Source of the DNA: an uncultured Enterobacteriaceae bacterium
GTDB taxonomy: Bacteria; Pseudomonadota; Gammaproteobacteria; Burkholderiales; SG8-39
Assembly (NCBI GenBank): GCA_964430565.1
Contig: CAYSFD010000056.1
Span: 34,888-98,887 of the forward strand
DNA: 64,000 nt
Direction: 5' to 3'
Shown here: positions 26,944 to 36,076 of the stretch, piece after piece
Layout of the letters: each line of letters opens with the position of its first letter
How positions within the stretch are numbered: the stretch's first letter is position 1
The notes under the pieces: model-generated
What the model was told of the DNA's origin: nothing
Databases searched by the model: none
What the model saw: the letters and a program-made list of their open reading frames with translations, nothing else
Made by a program: the position numbers and the translations under genes

Positions 26944-28662
26944 GTGGCAGACACTACGCCATCTCCGGCCGATCCGTTCTCCGACGCCGCCCAGGCATTC
27001 CTCACGAATTTTCTCGGGTCGATGGGTGTCCCAGCCGACTCCGAATTTGCCCGCTCCCTGCAATCCGTGGGTGTCGATGCCGCCAAGCTTGCTGCACTGC
27101 AGTCGCGCTGCGTTCAGCAGCATGCGGCGCTGTGGCAGTCAACGCTCACACGCGGGGCGGGAGGCGAGGCGGCTCCAGCGGCAGAGCCTGAAAGCGGTGA
27201 CCGCCGCTTCTCTTCCGCGGAATGGCAACGAACCCCCTGGTTCGATTACTTGCGCCAGAGCTACCTCATCAATTCGCGCTTGCTTCTCGATTGGGTCGAC
27301 AGCTCAAAGGCCGAGCCGCGCGCGAAAGAGCGTTTGCGCTTCATCGCGCGCCAGTTTGCCGACGCGATGAGCCCGGCGAATTTCGCCGCAACCAATCCCG
27401 AGGTGCTGAAGCTCGCGCTGGAGACGCAGGGCGAGAGCCTTACCCGGGGCATCCGCCAGCTTGTCCAGGACGTGCACAAGGGGCGAATCTCGACGACCGA
27501 CGAATCTGCATTCGAGGTCGGAAGGAATCTCGCAGTGACCGAAGGCGCGGTGGTTTTCGAGAACGATCTGATCCAGCTCATCCAATACAAGCCGCTCACC
27601 CCGACGGTCTTCAGGCGACCGCTTGTGATGGTCCCGCCCTGCATCAATAAGTACTACATCCTCGATCTGCAACCGGAGAATTCCTTCGTCCGCTATGCGC
27701 TGGAGCAGGGCCACATGGTTTTCATGGTGTCCTGGCGCAACATCACCGAGGATCTGGGCGACTTCACGTGGGACGACTACATTGAGATAGGCGTGCTCAA
27801 GGCACTCGAAGTCGCACGCGCGATAGCGGGGACTGAAGAGGTCAACGCGCTCGGGTTTTGCGTCGGCGGGACGATGCTCGGCGCCGCACTCGCGGTGATG
27901 GCTGCGAACGGCGACAAGCGCGTGGAGAGCGCGACCTTTCTTGCTTCGATGCTTGATTTTTCCGATACCGGCGACATCGCACTGTTTATCGACGAGGCGA
28001 GCGTTGAGGCGCGCGAGGCGGCGATCGGCGGGGGCGGCATCATGTCCGGCACCGATATCGCGATGGCGTTCTCTGCGCTGCGCGCGAACGACCTGGTTTG
28101 GTCTTATGTGGTCAATAGCTATCTCAAGGGGAAGCAACCCGAGGCTCTCGACCTGCTTTACTGGAATGCCGATTCGACCAATCTCCCCGGACCGATGTAC
28201 TGCTGGTACGTGCGCAACACCTATCTCGAGAACCGCCTGCGCGAAGCGGAAAAAACAACGGTGCTGGGCGTGCCGGTGGATTTCGGCAAGGTTACGGTTC
28301 CGGCCTATGTGCTCGCCACGCGCGAGGACCACATCGTGCCCTGGCGCACCGCTTACCAAACGACGCAGCTCCTGAAGGGCGAGGCGCGCTTCGTTCTCGG
28401 GGCGAGCGGCCATGTCGCAGGGGTCGTAAATCCCGTATCGAAAAACAAACGCAGCCACTGGGTGGGCGGAAGGCCGACGGTGGACCCGGAAGCGTGGCTC
28501 GCCGCTGCGACGGAAAGACCGGGAAGTTGGTGGGCCGACTGGATCCAGTGGCTGGAGCGCTTTGGCGGCGGGAACGTCAAGGCGCCGGCGCGGCTCGGCA
28601 ACTCGCAATTCAATCCGATAGAGCCCGCGCCGGGGCGATACGTAAAGCACCGCATCGTATAG
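26944..28662 (+). CDS. phaC: class I poly(3-hydroxyalkanoate) synthase
   Basis: DRRFSSAEWQRTPWFDYLRQSYL, the lipase-box-like GFCVGG (catalytic Cys), and ...EDHIVPW...GHVAGVVNP (His). About 572 aa from GTG 26944; the start is uncertain. Confidence 0.9.
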   Translation: MADTTPSPADPFSDAAQAFLTNFLGSMGVPADSEFARSLQSVGVDAAKLAALQSRCVQQHAALWQSTLTRGAGGEAAPAAEPESGDRRFSSAEWQRTPWFDYLRQSYLINSRLLLDWVDSSKAEPRAKERLRFIARQFADAMSPANFAATNPEVLKLALETQGESLTRGIRQLVQDVHKGRISTTDESAFEVGRNLAVTEGAVVFENDLIQLIQYKPLTPTVFRRPLVMVPPCINKYYILDLQPENSFVRYALEQGHMVFMVSWRNITEDLGDFTWDDYIEIGVLKALEVARAIAGTEEVNALGFCVGGTMLGAALAVMAANGDKRVESATFLASMLDFSDTGDIALFIDEASVEAREAAIGGGGIMSGTDIAMAFSALRANDLVWSYVVNSYLKGKQPEALDLLYWNADSTNLPGPMYCWYVRNTYLENRLREAEKTTVLGVPVDFGKVTVPAYVLATREDHIVPWRTAYQTTQLLKGEARFVLGASGHVAGVVNPVSKNKRSHWVGGRPTVDPEAWLAAATERPGSWWADWIQWLERFGGGNVKAPARLGNSQFNPIEPAPGRYVKHRIV

Positions 28663-28724
28663 CTCGCTCGCAATCACATCACGCCAATCGGAGCGCAAGC
28701 CGTACTTAAGGAGGCAATCCAACG

Positions 28725-29540
28725 ATGACGACCGCGACAGCCGCAAAGCGTACGATCGCCCCGATGGACACGGGAGCCCCGCTGGGCGCCGGCAGCCCCG
28801 TTAAACAGCGCATCGCTTTTGTGAGCGGCGGCATGGGCGGAATCGGCACGGCCGTGTGCCGGCGCCTCGCGCGGAACGGCATGAAGGTCGTGGCGGGCTG
28901 CTTGCCCGGCTACGACAGGAAGGACGACTGGCTCGCGACGATGCGAGGCGAGGGCCTGCAGGTGCACGCGGCCGAGGGCGACGTCGACGACTACGAATCC
29001 TGCGCCGACATGTTCTACCAGATCGGAACGGTGATCGGGTCCGTGGACATCCTCGTCAACAACGCCGGCATCACCCGCGATGGCATTTTCAAGCGCATGT
29101 CGCCCACCGACTGGTACGCCGTGATCAATACCAACCTGAACAGCGTATTCAACGTCACGCGCCAGGTGATCGAGGGCATGACGGAGCGCGGCTGGGGCCG
29201 CATTATCAACATTTCCTCTGTCAACGCACTGAAGGGCCAGTTCGGGCAGACCAACTACTCGGCGGCCAAGGCCGGCATGCACGGGTTCGCGAAGGCACTC
29301 GCGCAGGAAGTGGTAAAAAAGGGAGTCACCGTGAACACGGTGTCGCCGGGCTACGTCGAGACCGACATGGTGCGGGCGATGAAGCCCGAAGTCCTCCGGT
29401 CGATTGTCGAGCAGATACCCATAGGGCGGCTCGCGCGGCCGGACGAGATCGCGAGCCTGGTTGCCTACCTCGCCTCTGAGGAGGCGAGCTACGTCACCGG
29501 GGCGAATATTTCGATCAACGGCGGCCTGCACATGGTGTGA
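28725..29540 (+). CDS. phaB: acetoacetyl-CoA reductase (SDR), copy 1 with ~25-aa N-terminal extension
   Basis: AAGGAGG SD. VSGGMGGIGTAV (NADP-binding), NNAGITRD and YSAAKAG (catalytic YxxxK), and a C-terminal GANISINGGLHM typical of PhaB. Confidence 0.85.
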   Translation: MTTATAAKRTIAPMDTGAPLGAGSPVKQRIAFVSGGMGGIGTAVCRRLARNGMKVVAGCLPGYDRKDDWLATMRGEGLQVHAAEGDVDDYESCADMFYQIGTVIGSVDILVNNAGITRDGIFKRMSPTDWYAVINTNLNSVFNVTRQVIEGMTERGWGRIINISSVNALKGQFGQTNYSAAKAGMHGFAKALAQEVVKKGVTVNTVSPGYVETDMVRAMKPEVLRSIVEQIPIGRLARPDEIASLVAYLASEEASYVTGANISINGGLHMV

Positions 29541-29543
29541 GGT

Positions 29544-29625
29544 GTCATTCCCGCGTAAGCGGGAATCCAGGGCTTTGCTCGGACGACACTGGATTCCGGC
29601 TCGCGCTGCGCGCGTCCGGAATGAC
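29544..29625. repeat. REP-type palindromic element (GTCATTCCCGCG...CCGGAATGAC class)
   Basis: GTCATTCCCGCGTAAGCGGGAATCC forms a hairpin, and a second unit GGATTCCGGCTCGCGCTGCGCGCGTCCGGAATGAC follows. The termini are inverted (GTCATTCC / GGAATGAC). It sits in the intergenic space between the two phaB genes. Confidence 0.7.
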
Positions 29626-29693
29626 GAGGGCTCTGCGTTTGGTGCAATAATCCCGGATCATGAGACGAGCAAACTGAGGACGCGGAAGGAACC

Positions 29694-30437
29694 ATGGCAA
29701 AACGACTGGCGCTGATTACGGGCGGCATGGGAGGGCTGGGCGAAACGATCAGCACCAAGATGGCCGATGCGGGGTACGGCGTCGCGGTCACGTTCTCGCC
29801 CTTGAACAAGACAGCCGGTCAGTGGACCGCGGAGATGAAGTCGCGCGGCTACGAGTTCCGCGCCTATCCCTGCGACGTCGCCGATTTCGAATCGTGCAGA
29901 ACTTGCGTCGAGGATGTGACGAAGAATCTGGGCCCGGTGGATATCCTGGTCAACAACGCCGGCATCACCCGCGACATGACGTTCAGGAAGATGGGCAAGG
30001 GCGACTGGGATGCGGTGCTGCGCACCAATCTCGACTCCGTGTTCAATATGACCAAACAGGTTTGCGACGGCATGGTCGACCGCGGCTGGGGGCGCGTGAT
30101 CAACGTGGCCTCGGTCAACGGATCGAAGGGCGCGTTCGGGCAGACCAACTACTCGGCCGCGAAAGCCGGCATGCACGGCTTCACCAAGTCGCTCGCGTTG
30201 GAAGTAGCAAAGAAGGGTGTGACCGTCAACACCATCTCGCCGGGCTACATCGGTACCCGGATGGTAACTGCGATTCCTAAGGAAATACTCGACTCGAAGA
30301 TCCTGCCGCAGATTCCCGTCGGTCGGCTTGGCAAACCCGAAGAAGTCGCCGGGCTGATCATTTATCTCTGCTCGGAGGAGGCGGCTTTCGTCAACGGGGC
30401 CAACATCGCCATCAACGGCGGCCAGCACATGGCGTAA
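29694..30437 (+). CDS. phaB: acetoacetyl-CoA reductase (SDR), copy 2
   Basis: 247 aa with ITGGMGGLGETI, NNAGITRD, YSAAKAG and GANIAINGGQHM. By eye it is roughly half identical to copy 1. Confidence 0.9.
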   Translation: MAKRLALITGGMGGLGETISTKMADAGYGVAVTFSPLNKTAGQWTAEMKSRGYEFRAYPCDVADFESCRTCVEDVTKNLGPVDILVNNAGITRDMTFRKMGKGDWDAVLRTNLDSVFNMTKQVCDGMVDRGWGRVINVASVNGSKGAFGQTNYSAAKAGMHGFTKSLALEVAKKGVTVNTISPGYIGTRMVTAIPKEILDSKILPQIPVGRLGKPEEVAGLIIYLCSEEAAFVNGANIAINGGQHMA

Positions 30438-30507
30438 GCGTACCGAACGAGCAAATCTCCAGTATCATGCACCGCAACATCCGCATTCAGTGAGGCTAGG
30501 TAATCCC

Positions 30508-31107
30508 GTGGCCAACCCCGCCAGACTGATCAAGAAGTATCCCAACCGCCGGCTTTACGACACCAAGACGAGCACCTACATCACGCTCGCCGACGTCAAG
30601 AAGCTCGTGCTGGAAGGGCAGGAATTCCAGGTGGTCGAGGACAAGACCAAGGACGACCTGACGCGGTCCATCCTCCTTCAGATCATCCTCGAAGAGGAAA
30701 ACGGCGGTGCGCCGATGTTCTCCTCGGACATTCTCACGCAGTTCATTCGCTCCTACGGCAACGCGATGCAGGGGATGCTCGGCCCCTACCTCGAGCGCAA
30801 CATGCAGTTGTTCGGCGAGATCCAGAAGCGCATGCAGGAGCAGTCGCAGAAGCTCTACGGCGAGCCCGCCAAGCTCAACGAAGAGCTGTGGAAGCAGTTC
30901 ATGGGCTTTCAGGCCCCAGCGATGCAGGGACTCGTCTCGGCGTACATGGATCAGAGCCGCAACGTGTTCCTGCAGATGCAGGAGCAGTTGCAGAACCAGA
31001 CGCGCAACATGTTCTCCGGCTTCGCGATGCCAGGTTTCGGCGCACAGCCGGGTGGCGTACAGAAACCCGATGGCGATAAGACGCCGGGCGAGGGAAACAA
31101 GAGTTGA
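30508..31107 (+). CDS. phaR: polyhydroxyalkanoate synthesis repressor PhaR
   Basis: [30 protein letters not shown] is the canonical PhaR N-terminus. GTG 30508 is preferred; GTG 30490 is possible. Confidence 0.85.
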   Translation: MANPARLIKKYPNRRLYDTKTSTYITLADVKKLVLEGQEFQVVEDKTKDDLTRSILLQIILEEENGGAPMFSSDILTQFIRSYGNAMQGMLGPYLERNMQLFGEIQKRMQEQSQKLYGEPAKLNEELWKQFMGFQAPAMQGLVSAYMDQSRNVFLQMQEQLQNQTRNMFSGFAMPGFGAQPGGVQKPDGDKTPGEGNKS

Positions 31108-31132
31108 AGTCCCGGAACGGCTTACAAGTCCG

Positions 31133-32467
31133 ATGTCTGCGGCACCCAAAGTAGGTTTTGTCTCTCTCGGCTGTCCCAAGGCGCTGGTCGATTCAGAGGG
31201 GATCCTCACGCGCCTGCGCGCGGAGGGCTACGCGATTTCGCCTTCGTACAACGGCGCCGACCTCGTCGTAGTCAACACCTGCGGCTTTATCGAGTCGGCG
31301 GTGCAGGAATCCCTGGATGCCATCGGCGAGGCGCTCACGGAGAACGGTCGCGTCATCGTCACCGGCTGCCTCGGCGCCAAGGGCGACGTCGTCCGGAACA
31401 CGCACCCGAAGGTGCTTGCGGTCACCGGCCCGCATGCATTGGAGGCGGTGATGACGGCGGTACACGAGCATCTTCCCAAGCCGCACGATCCCTTCACCGA
31501 TCTCGTCCCTCCGCACGGAATCAAGCTCACGCCGCGGCACTATGCGTACTTGAAAATCTCCGAGGGCTGCAATCATCGCTGCACGTTCTGCGTCATCCCG
31601 TCGCTGCGCGGCGATCTGGTGAGCCGCCCGATCGGCGAGGTCATGGCGGAAGCGGAAAATCTCGTCAAGGCGGGCGTGAAGGAGCTCCTCGTCATTTCGC
31701 AGGACACGAGCGCCTACGGCGTGGACCTCAAGTACCGCACCGGGTTCTGGGGCGGGCGGCCGCTCAGGACCCGCATGGGCGATCTGGCGACGGCGCTCGG
31801 AGAGCTGGGCGTATGGGTGCGGCTCCACTATGTCTATCCCTATCCGCACGTGGACGACGTGATCCCGCTCATGGCGGAAGGGAAGATCCTTCCCTACATC
31901 GACGTGCCTTTCCAGCACGCGAGCCGCCGCATCCTGAAACTCATGAAACGTCCGGCGAGCGGCGAGGACAACCTAGAGCGTATCCGCGCCTGGCGCAGGA
32001 TCTGCCCCGACATGACGATACGCAGCACTTTCATCGCGGGCTTCCCGGGCGAGACCGAGGCCGAATTCCAGGAGCTGCTCGACTTTCTGGATGAGGCCGA
32101 GCTCGACCGCGTCGGGTGCTTCGCCTACTCGCCGGTGGAGGGCGCGAAAGCGAACGATTTGCCCGACGCGCTCCCCGATCGGCTCCGCGAGGAACGCCGC
32201 GGGCGGCTGATGCAGGTCCAGGAAAAAATCAGCGCGAGGCGTCTGAAGCGCAAGGTCGGGAAGACCGTGAAGGTATTGGTGGATGAAGCGAAGCCGGAGG
32301 GCGCCGTCGGTCGTTCGTCCGCCGACGCTCCGGAAATCGACGGAGTCGTTCATATCGAAAGCACGAGCAAACTCGCGCCGGGGGAATGGGCCCTGGTGAA
32401 AGTGTTTGGTTCCGACGCCCACGACCTGTTTGCGCGTCCCGTCGCTTCCCGGCAGCTCGCGGCATGA
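31133..32467 (+). CDS. rimO: ribosomal protein S12 methylthiotransferase RimO
   Basis: [18 protein letters not shown]...NTCGFI (UPF0004 domain), a radical-SAM CNHRCTFC motif and a TRAM C-terminus. Start ATG 31133; the ORF-track 30707 extension overlaps phaR. Confidence 0.92.
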   Translation: MSAAPKVGFVSLGCPKALVDSEGILTRLRAEGYAISPSYNGADLVVVNTCGFIESAVQESLDAIGEALTENGRVIVTGCLGAKGDVVRNTHPKVLAVTGPHALEAVMTAVHEHLPKPHDPFTDLVPPHGIKLTPRHYAYLKISEGCNHRCTFCVIPSLRGDLVSRPIGEVMAEAENLVKAGVKELLVISQDTSAYGVDLKYRTGFWGGRPLRTRMGDLATALGELGVWVRLHYVYPYPHVDDVIPLMAEGKILPYIDVPFQHASRRILKLMKRPASGEDNLERIRAWRRICPDMTIRSTFIAGFPGETEAEFQELLDFLDEAELDRVGCFAYSPVEGAKANDLPDALPDRLREERRGRLMQVQEKISARRLKRKVGKTVKVLVDEAKPEGAVGRSSADAPEIDGVVHIESTSKLAPGEWALVKVFGSDAHDLFARPVASRQLAA

Positions 32468-32553
32468 TCAAAGGAATACCCTTGGCACCGCTTGAAGTGT
32501 GGGTGGCGGGCGGCGTGCGTGCCGCTCCATGCGGGTCCTGCTAGATTCGTAAG

Positions 32554-33447
32554 ATGGCGCGCCGTCCCAAAATCGGTTTCGTCCTCGGCGCGGGCTCAGC
32601 GCGCGGCTGGGCGCATATCGGCGTTTTGCGCGCGCTTACCGAAGAGGGCATCAAGCCCGATTTCATCGCGGGCTGTTCGGTGGGCGCCCTGGTCGGAGCG
32701 GCGTTTGCCGCGGGCCGGCTCGACCAACTGGAAGCCTGGGCGCTCGCGCTCGACTGGAAACGCATGCTGAGGCTCGCGGACTTCGGCCTGCGCGGCGGGC
32801 TCATCAGGGGCAGGCGCATGAGGGAGGTTTTCCGCGAGCAGTTCGTGGAGCGCAATTTCTCCGAACTGCCGGTGCAATTCGCCGCGGTCGCCACCGATCT
32901 TCACTCCGGACAGGAGATATGGTTGCGCGAGGGCAAAGTGTCGGATGCGATCAGTGCGTCGATCGCCGTGCCGGGTCTGTTTCAGCCGGTCCTCTACGAG
33001 GACCGTTTTCTGGTCGACGGAAGTGTGGTCAATCCGATTCCGGTCTCGTTGTGTCGGGCGATGGGCGCGGACATCGCCGTCGCGGTGGATCTCGGCACGG
33101 ATCTCGTGGGGCGTTACGTGCGCGACGACGACCGTGCCCCGACGCAGACCGCCCCGCAAGGTTTCATGAGCAGGTTTCTCTCGCGGTACGGAAGGGGGAG
33201 CGAACCGGAGTCGGAGCCGCAGCCCGCTACGCCGTCGTTGATGGAAACGCTGATGGGCTCGATCAACATCATGCAGCTGCGGATCGCGAGGAGTCGCCTC
33301 GCGGGCGAGCCGCCCGACGTGTTGATCACGCCGCGGCTCGGCCACCTTGGCCTGCTCGACTACCACCACGCGGAAGTCGCGATCGCCGAGGGGCGCGAAG
33401 CGGTCGCACGCGCGCTGCCCGCCATCCGCAACGCGATTCCCGCTTAA
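32554..33447 (+). CDS. patatin-like phospholipase (RssA-like)
   Basis: GFVLGAGSARGWAHIGVL (oxyanion GGxR-like), GCSVG (GxSxG nucleophile) and ...VDGSVVNPIP (catalytic DG). Confidence 0.85.
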   Translation: MARRPKIGFVLGAGSARGWAHIGVLRALTEEGIKPDFIAGCSVGALVGAAFAAGRLDQLEAWALALDWKRMLRLADFGLRGGLIRGRRMREVFREQFVERNFSELPVQFAAVATDLHSGQEIWLREGKVSDAISASIAVPGLFQPVLYEDRFLVDGSVVNPIPVSLCRAMGADIAVAVDLGTDLVGRYVRDDDRAPTQTAPQGFMSRFLSRYGRGSEPESEPQPATPSLMETLMGSINIMQLRIARSRLAGEPPDVLITPRLGHLGLLDYHHAEVAIAEGREAVARALPAIRNAIPA

Positions 33448-33476
33448 GTCGAAGGACCGGTCCTAGCCGGATTGCA

Positions 33477-35246
33477 GTGGCGAACGAAACACTCGATTCC
33501 GCGCTAGAGCTGCCGCGGGAACGCCTGTCGCAAATCAAGGCCGAACAAATCCGCGCGCTTTACCGGCAGGCGCCGCTCGCGATCTTGAGCGGCCTGGTCG
33601 TGCCGATCCCTCTTTTGATTGTCTTCTGGGGAGCGATCTCCGAGGTGCTGCTCGTCTCGTGGTATGCGTCGATGGCCGTGGTCGCCGCGGCGCGCTCGGC
33701 CCTCGTGTTTGGCTATCGGCGCACGGCGCCGGAGGCGGCCGACCTCGCCGCCTGGGGCAAGCTCTATGTTCTCGGAACGATCGTCTCGGGATCGGTATGG
33801 GGCGCGGCCGGCGTGCTGCTCTTTATTCCCGGCGCGCTCGACTACCAGTTCTTCCTGGATTTCATCCTGGCCGGAATGTGCACCGGCTCGGTGGCTTCCC
33901 TGGGCGCGTTTCTGCCGGCCTTCTACGCCTTCCTGCTCCCGACGATGCTGCCGTTCCTCGCGATGGCGGTGGTGCAAGGCGACACAATTCACATCGCGAT
34001 TGTCTTCGCCAACGTGTTTTATCTGCTGGCGATGAGCGTCTTCGCGCGAAATTTCAACCGCTCGTTGACCGAGTCCTTGCGGCTGCAATTCGAGAATCTG
34101 CGCCTGGTGGACGAGGTCACCGCGAAGAAGGACGAGGCCGAGCGCGCCAACGTCGCCAAGTCGCGGTTCCTCGCGGCCGCGAGCCACGACCTGCGCCAGC
34201 CGCTGCACGCCATGGCCCTGTTCGTCTCCGCCTTGCAGGAAAAGAGCCGGGAGCCCGAGACGCGGCGCATTCTCGACCAGCTGACGCTCTCGGTTGAAGC
34301 CCTGGAAGGGCTGTTCCACGCCCTGCTCGACGTGTCCAAGCTCGACGCCGGGATCGTGCGTCCTGAGCTTCGCGGTTTTTCCGTTCAAGCCCTCTTCGAT
34401 CGCATCGGGCGTGAATTTTCCGGGGAAGCCGCCGACAAGGGGCTGCGCTTGCGGCTGATGCCCACACGGGCGTTCGTACACAGCGACGCCGCCCTGCTGG
34501 AGCGGATCCTGCGCAATCTCGTATCCAACGCCATCCACTACACGCGTACCGGCGGCGTCGTGGTGGGTTGCCGCCGGCGCGGCGGCGATCTTCGCATCGA
34601 CGTTTGCGACAGCGGCATCGGGATCGATTCGGCGCACTTCGCGGACATCTTCCAGGAGTTCTATCAAGTCGAAAATCCCGAGCGCGATCGCGACAAAGGG
34701 CTCGGCCTGGGGCTGGCGATCGTCGACCGCCTGGCGCGGCTGTTGCATCATCCGGTCACGGTGGTCTCCGTTCCGGGCCGAGGCTCGGTCTTTTCGGTGA
34801 CCGTGCCGCGGGGCGAAGCAGCGGCGGCCGAAGCGGAGCCGCCGCAGCCGCTGGAGATCATGGGCGGCAATCTCGGCGGCGCCTTGCTCGTCGTCATCGA
34901 CGACGAGCGCGCCGTGCTGGAAGGCATGCGCGAAGTGCTGCAGCAATGGGGCTGCCGGCCGCTGCTCGCGGGCTCGGCCGAGGAGGCGCTCGCGCAGCTC
35001 GCCGCGGCGGCGCAGCGACCGGCCGTCGTCATCGCCGATTACCGCCTGCGCGCCGGGGAAACCGGGATCGCCGCGATCGAGTGCATCCAGTCGAAGTACG
35101 GCGCCGACATTCCGGGCGTGATCGTCACCGGCGACACCGCGCCCGATCGCCTGCGCGAGGCCGAAGCGAGCGGATATCATCTGCTGCACAAACCGGTCCG
35201 TCCGGCGAGGTTGCGCGCGCTGCTCAGTTTTCTCCTCAGGGCTTGA
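33477..35246 (+). CDS. hybrid sensor histidine kinase/response regulator with polytopic membrane N-terminus
   Basis: About 6 predicted TM helices, then the H-box FLAAASHDLRQPLHAM, N/G boxes (NAIHYT, DSGIGI, GLGLGLAIV) and a C-terminal receiver (LLVVIDDE...VVIADYRL...HKP). GTG 33477 is the first plausible start after the patatin gene; the ORF-track start 32919 is out of context. Confidence 0.85.
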   Translation: MANETLDSALELPRERLSQIKAEQIRALYRQAPLAILSGLVVPIPLLIVFWGAISEVLLVSWYASMAVVAAARSALVFGYRRTAPEAADLAAWGKLYVLGTIVSGSVWGAAGVLLFIPGALDYQFFLDFILAGMCTGSVASLGAFLPAFYAFLLPTMLPFLAMAVVQGDTIHIAIVFANVFYLLAMSVFARNFNRSLTESLRLQFENLRLVDEVTAKKDEAERANVAKSRFLAAASHDLRQPLHAMALFVSALQEKSREPETRRILDQLTLSVEALEGLFHALLDVSKLDAGIVRPELRGFSVQALFDRIGREFSGEAADKGLRLRLMPTRAFVHSDAALLERILRNLVSNAIHYTRTGGVVVGCRRRGGDLRIDVCDSGIGIDSAHFADIFQEFYQVENPERDRDKGLGLGLAIVDRLARLLHHPVTVVSVPGRGSVFSVTVPRGEAAAAEAEPPQPLEIMGGNLGGALLVVIDDERAVLEGMREVLQQWGCRPLLAGSAEEALAQLAAAAQRPAVVIADYRLRAGETGIAAIECIQSKYGADIPGVIVTGDTAPDRLREAEASGYHLLHKPVRPARLRALLSFLLRA

Positions 35247-35901
35247 GGCCGGAGCCGTCCCCGCGCGCGCCGAGACCGACGAGCCGGGCCGCGGCAAGCA
35301 CCGCCTGCGTGCGGTTGTCGACGCCGAGCGCCCGCAAGATCGCGCTGATGTGCAGTTTGACGGTGCCTTCGGCGAGCCCCAAAACCCGCGCGATCTCCTT
35401 GTTCGGCTGGCCGCGGCCCAATAGCCGCAACACGTCGTGCTGTCGCGGCGTGAGGCCGAGCGCATCGAGCGACGCCGCCGCGACCGGAATTCTTCCGGCC
35501 TGAAACCGATCGAGGAACGCCGGCGGCACATAGACGCCGCCCGACAGCACTAGGCGCAGCGCGCCCAGCATCACGTTGGAAGTCGACGACTTCGGAATGA
35601 ATCCCATCGCGCCGCCGTCCAGCGCGAGGCGCACGTCGGTGGGTTCCTCGGAGGCAGCCAGAATCACGACCGGCACTTCTGGATTGCGCGCGCGCAGGGC
35701 GCGCAATCCGGCGAGGCCGTCCATGCCCGGCATTGCGAGATCGAGCAAAAGCAAATCCAGGTCCGGGCGCTCGGCGACGCGCGTCAGCGCCTCGGCGCAG
35801 TCCTTGGCCTCGATTATCTCGACGTCATCGCCCAGCCGCGACAGCAGGTAGCGCAAGCCGTCGCGGAACAAAGCGTGATCGTCGGCAACCAGAATCCTCA
35901 C
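35236..35901 (-). CDS. NarL/FixJ(LuxR)-family response regulator
   Basis: VRILVADDHALFRDGL...LLLDLAMPGMDG...KS receiver, plus the LuxR HTH LTPRQHDVLRLLGRGQPNKEIARVLGLAEGTVKLHISAIL. GTG 35901 (GAAGGAG SD) is preferred over TTG 35982. It converges on the kinase gene with an 11-nt overlap. Confidence 0.85.
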   Translation of the reverse strand: MRILVADDHALFRDGLRYLLSRLGDDVEIIEAKDCAEALTRVAERPDLDLLLLDLAMPGMDGLAGLRALRARNPEVPVVILAASEEPTDVRLALDGGAMGFIPKSSTSNVMLGALRLVLSGGVYVPPAFLDRFQAGRIPVAAASLDALGLTPRQHDVLRLLGRGQPNKEIARVLGLAEGTVKLHISAILRALGVDNRTQAVLAAARLVGLGARGDGSGLKP

Positions 35902-36076
35902 CTCGGCTCCTTCACCCCGCGCAAAGCCGGCCGCTGCCGTTTGCGCTGGCAGACTACCACTCGCGTCTTGCGCTGTCTGCAAATCCCTATGCCGAAAGAC
36001 ATAGAGCGTACGAGGTATTCATGCGAGGCGCCGCCGGGTCCAGTATGTCCTCGGGCAAGGGCTCGAGGACAATGAG

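Noticed and set aside
30707-31132. N-terminal 142-codon extension of the rimO ORF, overlapping phaR.
   Set aside because: The extension is out of frame with PhaR and low-complexity. RimO homology begins at [16 protein letters not shown] (ATG 31133).
32919-33476. N-terminal 186-codon extension of the kinase ORF, overlapping the patatin-like gene.
   Set aside because: The translation is Arg/Gly-rich noise, and the patatin frame carries the GxSxG/DG motifs. The kinase sensor helices start after GTG 33477.
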